A DNA stretch of 64,000 bases, taken from the UHGV virus genome UHGV-1550212; one strand, 5' to 3'. A model generated the notes under the pieces. That model made no database searches and was not told where the DNA came from. It worked only from the letters and a program-made list of their open reading frames with translations. The stretch's first letter is position 1. Each line of letters starts with the position of its first letter. Positions 58,921 through 64,000 of the stretch are shown piece by piece. The translations under genes were made by a program, and so were the position numbers. This DNA is from a virus.

Positions 58921-59164
58921 TTTGTGTATGTTCTTGATTTGCTTGTTCTGCTAAGTTGTTTATGAATGCTTTGAGCAATGTAATGATTGTTGTTAGCAAC
59001 TGAATTTGAAACAATACAATGCTAAACACGACAATTGCTACAACGCAAAATGAAATGAAGAGCATATTGATGTCAAATTTGTTTGCTATCAATGTTTGCA
59101 GCCAAGTTATGACTGCAAACATTGAAATCAGTATGAATGCTTTGTGCTGTGATAACGATTTCAT
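58898..59164 (-). CDS. small two-transmembrane-segment protein (holin-like topology)
   Basis: 88 aa, ATG confirmed; two hydrophobic segments (FILISMFAVITWL and FISFCVVAIVVFSIVLF) and a polar C-terminus. Confidence 0.35.
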   Translation of the reverse strand: MKSLSQHKAFILISMFAVITWLQTLIANKFDINMLFISFCVVAIVVFSIVLFQIQLLTTIITLLKAFINNLAEQANQEHTQNDSGTAN

Positions 59165-59880
59165 TTGAAATGTGTGGATGTTGGATTAGTGTCGGTCATT
59201 CTAACATGCCAATCATAAATGAACCATCTTGCGAGGTCATCATTTTTGATGTTATGAGTTTTGACATACTGTTCAGGACCTAATGCCTCACCAGTTTCAG
59301 GATTGACTGCGAAATGAGATTCATCTACATTAGTAGACTTGTTTTTGATGTTTGAGATTCGGAGCTTTGTATGCAGTTCAGTGCCATCAGATTGCAGTGT
59401 TTTGACATAGAATGCAGTTTTTGTCGTTGCTTCATTGTCAAGCCATACTCCAAACTTAACTCCGTGCGATTTCCAGTATGCATTGTCAGCATCCCTGATT
59501 GCTTTGAAGTTCGGGTCATCCAACCAAGGTTTGAAGACGTATACAGCATGTTGTTCTTTTCGAGTGATTTCGCCTTTGCCTTCACAAACTGTATGATACA
59601 GCCGCATTGCAGTTTCTTCATCAAAATAGTAAGTCAGATTGCCTGGCTTATCAAATGTGCCAAGCTGTTGACCATCGATTACAAGAATGAATGTGTACCG
59701 CGAATCCTTAAAGAATTCTACTTGTACAGGCTGTTTGTGCTGTTTGCTGTTAAGCAGTCTGTCAATTGTAATGACTGCCCAGTTGGTGCCTGTCTTTGTT
59801 TTGTTGCCGTGAAACAGTTCAGGATATGAAACTGTGTAAGGCAATGCTTTGTACTTCCAATGTTCATTAAAGCTTTTCAT
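59161..59880 (-). CDS. hypothetical protein
   Basis: 239-aa ORF, ATG confirmed. Confidence 0.5.
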   Translation of the reverse strand: MKSFNEHWKYKALPYTVSYPELFHGNKTKTGTNWAVITIDRLLNSKQHKQPVQVEFFKDSRYTFILVIDGQQLGTFDKPGNLTYYFDEETAMRLYHTVCEGKGEITRKEQHAVYVFKPWLDDPNFKAIRDADNAYWKSHGVKFGVWLDNEATTKTAFYVKTLQSDGTELHTKLRISNIKNKSTNVDESHFAVNPETGEALGPEQYVKTHNIKNDDLARWFIYDWHVRMTDTNPTSTHFK

Positions 59881-59955
59881 ATGTAGAGATTTTTGTAGTT
59901 TGTATCAATTGCATTCTATATCAATTGTATCTTGTATCAAATACATTATATTGAT

Positions 59956-60000
59956 ATATGATAATTGTACTACAAAAATCCCAAATTTGCACACTTTGAT
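59956..60000 (-). promoter_or_regulatory. composite promoter-like element
   Basis: Minus strand: ATCAAAGTGTGCAAATTTGGGATTTTTGTAGTACAATTATCATAT, about 75-120 nt upstream of ATG 59880. Confidence 0.5.
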
Positions 60001-60039
60001 AATCAAAAGTGCAAACAAAATTCAAAGTTATATTGTACA

Positions 60040-60069
60040 TCACAAAGTGCAAATTTGCACTTTGTGATG
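60040..60069. promoter_or_regulatory. perfect 30-bp palindrome (candidate operator)
   Basis: ATCACAAAGTGCAAATTTGCACTTTGTGAT is its own reverse complement; core GTGCAAATTTGCAC is shared with the composite promoter-like elements. Confidence 0.55.
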
Positions 60070-60215
60070 TTAAAATGCCCCATTGTACAATATTTTGTGC
60101 TATTTTGCACAAAGCAGCATGTTAAAATGTAACCATTTATAACGCTGCAAAATGTCTGCATAAAATAAGCAGCTTAGCAATCTAAGCTGCTGTCATTGTA
60201 TGCATGCAGTCACTG

Positions 60216-60701
60216 TCATTTGTAGTGCTCAGTTATGTATGCTGAGCATAGCAATACAACTGATATGCAAATGACAATGTATGTTGGTGTAATCAGTGTC
60301 ACATTAAATAGCAATGCAGTCAATGCGCATACTGTTACTGATATAAGTGTTGAAATGAATACTGCATATGTACTAAACTTGCTTTTGAATAGACGCTCAA
60401 TGATGTACGTTGTTACAATAGATAGCAAGACTATGCATACAAATAACAGCAACCAAGTTGAGTTTGACGTTGTCGGCTCTTCAATAAATTGCAATGTTGC
60501 AGATGATACTTCAATGTTGTTTGGCGCTTGTAAAGTGCCACTTGCTGCATCTGCGTACATCACAGTTAAGTAGTGTCGTTGAATTTCTGCTGCGTCTACT
60601 TTATAGATTCTATGCCATGCAACATCTGATATGATGTATGTTGCAGCCATAAATGCAGCAATGCATAGCATATAAGAGCCAAACTTTGCAATCGGTTTCA
60701 T
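60216..60701 (-). CDS. integral membrane protein (about 4 transmembrane segments)
   Basis: Track start 60749 is TTG; ATG at 60699-60701 (MKPIAKFGSYM); multiple long hydrophobic stretches. Confidence 0.45.
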   Translation of the reverse strand: MKPIAKFGSYMLCIAAFMAATYIISDVAWHRIYKVDAAEIQRHYLTVMYADAASGTLQAPNNIEVSSATLQFIEEPTTSNSTWLLLFVCIVLLSIVTTYIIERLFKSKFSTYAVFISTLISVTVCALTALLFNVTLITPTYIVICISVVLLCSAYITEHYK

Positions 60702-61079
60702 GCAAATATATTTTTGTTTGTATATGTACATAAAAGAGCAAGTTCTCAATGTGGAGAACTTGCTCAGCTGACCTGTTGCCAGGTGAAAGCGTGGTGCAGC
60801 ACCTTGTGCTGCAATGGCTATGCTGCCATCGCCATAACGGGCTGAGCATTGCCCAGCATCATTACACGACCAGCTGCATTAAGCGTACGCTTTGCTTTGT
60901 TGAAAAATTTGCCAGTTATCTGGTATCTGCACATCTATTCAAGCGACCTACTATGCAATCAAATGCCTGTCGAGCCCAATGTTTGAGCAGTTGTTTGTCA
61001 GATGCTCAGCTGACTGCAGTCTTTCTGAGTGTATCAAGTTCAGCGATTCTGCATCTTTGCTAAATGGCAATAGTTCAGG

Positions 61080-61155
61080 TGGACTCGCCGAGAATCGAAC
61101 TCGGGTCTTACATAGCGCATCCTTGACTTGGTCCTGTAAACAGGGTTGTCAACAT
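61080..61155 (-). pseudogene. tRNA-like 3' fragment (T-arm plus acceptor 3' strand only)
   Basis: Minus strand: CCGAG-TTCGATT-CTCGG followed by CGAGTCC-A, but no matching 5' acceptor strand, D-arm or anticodon arm within 80 nt upstream. Confidence 0.3.
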
Positions 61156-61160
61156 GCATT

Positions 61161-61231
61161 GCAATACGACAGGACTCGAACCTGCGACCTCGGATTGGAC
61201 GTCCGCGCTCTTACCGCTGAGCTACGTATTC
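61161..61231 (-). tRNA. tRNA, probably tRNA-Gly (anticodon TCC); Trp (CCA) not excluded
   Basis: Minus strand: GAATACG-TA-GCTC-AGCGGTAA-GAGC-GCGGA-CGTCCAA-TCCGA-GGTC-GCAGG-TTCGAGT-CCTGT-CGTATTG-C. Canonical D- and T-arms; anticodon stem has a G-A pair and position 33 is G, so the register is uncertain. Hand fold. Confidence 0.5.
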
Positions 61232-61321
61232 TTATCAATTGACTGCACTGCAATGCAATCAATCGTGCCAATGATATTTGACGCATAATTGCAGTTATGC
61301 GTAACAATTCAAATGTCATTG

Positions 61322-61394
61322 AGCCAACTGCAGGAGTCGAACCTGTAACCTGCTGATTACAAATCAGCTGCTCTGCCAATTGAGCTAAGTTGGC
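61322..61394 (-). tRNA. tRNA-Thr (anticodon TGT)
   Basis: Minus strand: GCCAACT-TA-GCTC-AATTGGCA-GAGC-A-GCTGA-TTTGTAA-TCAGC-AGGTT-ACAGG-TTCGACT-CCTGC-AGTTGGC-T; perfect 7-bp acceptor and 5-bp anticodon stem. Confidence 0.8.
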
Positions 61395-61476
61395 ATAAAG
61401 TCGTTGGGCCATTGCAACCCAAACCTATCATCTTTGTCTAACCAAAGATGCAAGTGTTCTCTTACACCACGACTTG

Positions 61477-61548
61477 TAGCCGAACTTGGAGTCGAACCAA
61501 GCTTTCGAGAATGAAAATCTCGCGTCCTAACCGATAGACGAAACGGCC
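61477..61548 (-). tRNA. tRNA-Glu (anticodon TTC), acceptor stem imperfect
   Basis: Minus strand: GGCCGTT-TC-GTCT-ATCGGTTA-GGAC-G-CGAGA-TTTTCAT-TCTCG-AAAG-CTTGG-TTCGACT-CCAAG-TTCGGCT-A; D-arm identical in form to E. coli tRNA-Glu, but acceptor pairs 6-67 and 7-66 are T-T. Confidence 0.5.
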
Positions 61549-61635
61549 AAGAGCAGTTCAAGTCTGCAGCATTGAACTGCGGAAACAATGCCTGTACGGG
61601 CAGCAAATTGTGCAGATACAGCGACATTGCAAAAT

Positions 61636-61728
61636 CACACCGAACCAAGTTTGTGGCTCTTCTGTCTCATAAAAACAAGTAATCATTACACTTGGCACCA
61701 ATGATTCTGATGTAAAAATCGGTGTGTT
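61636..61728. ncRNA. structured RNA-like element with 8-bp terminal inverted repeat (not a canonical tRNA)
   Basis: CACACCGA (61636-61643) pairs with TCGGTGTG (61721-61728); internal hairpin CAAGT-AATCATTAC-ACTTG; no T-loop consensus. Lies between tRNA-Glu and tRNA-Ser. Confidence 0.25.
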
Positions 61729-61731
61729 ATG

Positions 61732-61816
61732 CGGAGAGTAAGGGATTCGAACCCCTGGTACGTTGCCGTACAGTGGTTTTCAAGACCACCGCCATCGACC
61801 GCTCGGCCAACTCTCC
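61732..61816 (-). tRNA. tRNA-Ser (anticodon TGA), long variable arm
   Basis: Minus strand: GGAGAGT-TG-GCCG-AGCGGTCGAT-GGC-G-GTGGT-CTTGAAA-ACCAC-TGTACGGCAACGTACC-AGGGG-TTCGAAT-CCCTT-ACTCTCC-G. Confidence 0.8.
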
Positions 61817-62010
61817 ATAAAACATTGCATAAGCATTCTTATCTCTTGATGAGACCAAGTAGCTAATTTGGCAAGTTTGTTATATCTATCGTGACTGTTG
61901 CAGTTTGTTTGTCACTCAATACACAAAACTTTCGAACATTCATTGACAGCACTGCAATATCGCTTTTTAAGCTTAGCCATCAATGTATTTATGCAATGTA
62001 TAACAATTCG

Positions 62011-62092
62011 TAGCCAAACCGGGACTTGAACCCAGACTCCTAATGGAACAACATTTTGAGTGTTGCGTGTCTACCAATTCCACCATTTGGCC
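62011..62092 (-). tRNA. tRNA-Leu (anticodon CAA), long variable arm
   Basis: Minus strand: GGCCAAA-TG-GTG-GAATTGGTAGA-CAC-G-CAACA-CTCAAAA-TGTTG-TTCCATTAGGAGTC-TGGGT-TCAAGTC-CCGG-TTTGGCT-A. Confidence 0.75.
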
Positions 62093-62182
62093 ATTTACAA
62101 ATGCAATCTATTTCACAACTGTTTGCATTTGCATTGTTTAACACTAAAAATATGATTCATCTAATCAAAAACCAGAGAATTG

Positions 62183-62256
62183 TAGGGTAGACAGGACTCA
62201 AACCTGCGACCACGTGGTCCCAAACCACGCATTCTAATCAACTGAACTACTACCCT
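62183..62256 (-). tRNA. tRNA-Pro (anticodon TGG)
   Basis: Minus strand: AGGGTAG-TA-GTTC-AGTTGATTA-GAAT-G-CGTGG-TTTGGGA-CCACG-TGGTC-GCAGG-TTTGAGT-CCTGT-CTACCCT-A; all stems pair. Confidence 0.8.
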
Positions 62257-62262
62257 AAGTAG

Positions 62263-62334
62263 TTGAACCGTCTGGACTCGAACCAGAAATGGCTGAACCA
62301 AAATCAGCTGTGTTACCGATTACACCACGATTCA
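62263..62334 (-). tRNA. tRNA-Gln (anticodon TTG)
   Basis: Minus strand: TGAATCG-TG-GTG-TAATCGGTAA-CAC-A-GCTGA-TTTTGGT-TCAGC-CATT-TCTGG-TTCGAGT-CCAGA-CGGTTCA-A; U1-A72 as in bacterial tRNA-Gln. Confidence 0.75.
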
Positions 62335-62387
62335 ATCAAATGCAAATCTTTGTAAGGCGTTTGCAATCCTGTAATTTGTTTATGTAT

Positions 62388-62428
62388 TTTATAGTGATAT
62401 AATACTACAAACATTTATGATTTGCACC
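62388..62428 (-). promoter_or_regulatory. composite promoter-like element upstream of the tRNA cluster
   Basis: Minus strand: GGTGCAAATCATAAATGTTTGTAGTATTATATCACTATAAAATAC, about 55-95 nt upstream of tRNA-Gln (first tRNA in transcription order). Confidence 0.45.
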
Positions 62429-62450
62429 ATATACTGTAACTTTGTATCAC

Positions 62451-62813
62451 TTAATTGTACAATATGACTCTGTCTTTAAGTTTGTGCATGTGTAGCACGC
62501 TTGTAATATCTACTGGCAACTTATATGACCCATCAGATATTGCAAATGCAGCAAGTTGCATAATCAAATCTGCATTGTCTGTAAGAACTTCTGCAAATTT
62601 ACTGGCATCACAACATGCATAATACTTGCGAATTGTTGTTGCTTGTTTTTGTATGATGACGCGCACGTAAACAGTTTGAGCAATGATTGCGCGTCGTAAA
62701 TCAACTTTGACAATACACATAGTGTCATCGTGGTCATTTATGACATGTCGCCATACACCGTCATTGCAAATGCCGTGCTGTGCTATAAGTATTTTCGTGA
62801 TATCAGACATCAT
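62451..62813 (-). CDS. hypothetical protein
   Basis: 120-aa ORF, ATG confirmed. Confidence 0.45.
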   Translation of the reverse strand: MMSDITKILIAQHGICNDGVWRHVINDHDDTMCIVKVDLRRAIIAQTVYVRVIIQKQATTIRKYYACCDASKFAEVLTDNADLIMQLAAFAISDGSYKLPVDITSVLHMHKLKDRVILYN

Positions 62814-62858
62814 CTCTGTTCAAATATAATTTTTTGATAATAAAATTCCATACAAATA

Positions 62859-63356
62859 TCATTCGATGTTACCAGATAATATCCGAATGGCATCCAATGC
62901 ATTTTCTCGTATTAAGCCAAACTTACCTATAACTTGAACAAAATGTTTGTCATTTTCAAATGTTGAGTCGTCAAGAATGACATATTGTTTGATGTTATGT
63001 TTATCAACAAGCGCAGGCACTGCAGCAAATCTGTCATAAAAGCCCTCAGCATAAATTGATGGCAACAAATAGCCCGGCATATTGCGCTTAAGCCACATTG
63101 TCTTGCAGTCATCAAGAATAGCCCAACTACTTATCAAGCAAATTGCGCCAACATCTGACATCTGACAAATGTATCTCAACCAGCCAACACAACGTTCGTC
63201 AAATAATTGACCAAACTCATCTCTCGACTGCACATCCATGTTTGCACGATGTTTTGACATGTGCAACATATTGAGATTATCTTGGCTATTCAAAACGCCA
63301 TCAATATCCAAGAAAATTACTTTGTCAGGCCAAATCACTTTGCTTGCTGCGTTCAT
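62859..63356 (-). CDS. HAD-superfamily phosphatase-like protein
   Basis: 165 aa, ATG confirmed; N-terminal KVIFLDIDGVLNS matches HAD motif I (DxDG[T/V]); later VILDDS is a candidate motif IV. Confidence 0.45.
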   Translation of the reverse strand: MNAASKVIWPDKVIFLDIDGVLNSQDNLNMLHMSKHRANMDVQSRDEFGQLFDERCVGWLRYICQMSDVGAICLISSWAILDDCKTMWLKRNMPGYLLPSIYAEGFYDRFAAVPALVDKHNIKQYVILDDSTFENDKHFVQVIGKFGLIRENALDAIRILSGNIE

Positions 63357-63951
63357 AACGATGCTTTATTATGTCTTCTATTGTTAGATTGAGCGCAGGC
63401 CACGTGTCAAACACTTTTTGTAATTGCTCATCTGACTTATTAAGAAGCTTCTTATATGTTGTGCTCAATGATTGATAATGAGCGTCAAGAGCTTTGCTGA
63501 TGTGCGCAAGTGGTATTTGCAAATGCACAATACAATGCAGCACAAATGCTTGTTTGCGAAGTCTTTGAACGCCACCATCCAAACGCCAAATTTGCAGCAT
63601 ATTGCATTTTAACGCATCTTCATACAATGACTGCACAACTTGTATGTTATGCTCTGCTGTAGTACGTCTGCTATCGCGTTTTGTTGCTGCAAGCGACCTG
63701 CGTGAATCTGGGCGTTGTCTTGTGTGCTTAATAGTCTGTGCTGTGACATCATTGATATGAATATGAGTTTTCTCAATGTCAATGAATTCAGTACGATGTT
63801 CTTTTGCTGCAGTTTTTCGTCTGCCAAGTACACGTTTGTCATATACTTGTTCTTGCAGTCGTTCAGACAACTCTGCTTGCAAATCTGCGACTTGTTTGCG
63901 CAATATTGCATTTTGCGCAGATTGTTGTGCTGCAATATCTGCAACAGACAT
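63325..63951 (-). CDS. hypothetical protein with N-terminal coiled coil
   Basis: 208-aa ORF, ATG confirmed. Confidence 0.45.
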   Translation of the reverse strand: MSVADIAAQQSAQNAILRKQVADLQAELSERLQEQVYDKRVLGRRKTAAKEHRTEFIDIEKTHIHINDVTAQTIKHTRQRPDSRRSLAATKRDSRRTTAEHNIQVVQSLYEDALKCNMLQIWRLDGGVQRLRKQAFVLHCIVHLQIPLAHISKALDAHYQSLSTTYKKLLNKSDEQLQKVFDTWPALNLTIEDIIKHRYERSKQSDLA

Positions 63952-64000
63952 AATGTCAAAGACTGTGTTGAGCTGCAGCCATACATTATATGCGCATTCT

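Noticed and set aside
61080-61155. Phage attachment site (attP) inferred from the partial tRNA 3' end.
   Set aside because: No integrase, excisionase or repressor-like gene is recognisable anywhere in the window; a decayed tRNA gene is the simpler reading, though not excluded.
61395-61476. An eighth tRNA between tRNA-Thr and tRNA-Glu (a hairpin TCTTTG-GTTAGA-CAAAGA resembles an anticodon arm).
   Set aside because: The loop is 6 nt, and no T-loop consensus or pairing acceptor stem could be found around it.
61385-61648. Track ORFs 61149..61412 and 61385..61648 (87 aa each).
   Set aside because: They overlap the tRNA genes and intervening spacers; arginine/serine-rich translations without start context.
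1-64000. Diversity-generating retroelement acting on the Ig-repeat fibre genes.
   Set aside because: No reverse-transcriptase-like ORF and no template/variable repeat pair were seen in the window.

Overview
This 64-kb window reads as a segment of a large tailed dsDNA phage genome: AT-rich, densely coding, with no rRNA, CRISPR array or integrase seen. About 57 protein-coding genes are called, all but two on the minus strand, plus a minus-strand cluster of 7 tRNA genes (61.1-62.3 kb). Left 35 kb is a tail/baseplate/fibre module: three consecutive proteins with a shared BACON-like N-terminal domain (one a 1442-aa Ig-repeat fibre), a 1112-aa fibre with a collagen-like motif, and a 1237-aa tape-measure protein. 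The centre has the terminase large subunit, the only well-supported plus-strand gene. The right part is a T4-like DNA-metabolism module (DHFR, NAD-dependent ligase, FEN/RNase H-like exonuclease, gp44-like clamp loader, SF2 helicase, gp52-like topoisomerase II subunit) interrupted by three paralogous homing-endonuclease-like genes; a sigma-70-family factor is also encoded. The most unusual signals are non-coding: a C10/G9 inverted-repeat-bounded cassette with 34-bp tandem repeats and a G9 tract inside a short ORF (candidate phase-variable switch), a recurring TGCAT(T/C)TTGCATC operator-like core at four loci, a recurring TTGTAC-plus-TATA promoter-like element at seven loci, and a perfect 30-bp palindrome in a 335-bp intergenic hub. 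Missing Shine-Dalgarno sequences, TTG/GTG starts and BACON domains suggest a Bacteroidetes-type host (inference). All functional calls rest on motif recognition from memory; no database search or folding program was run.
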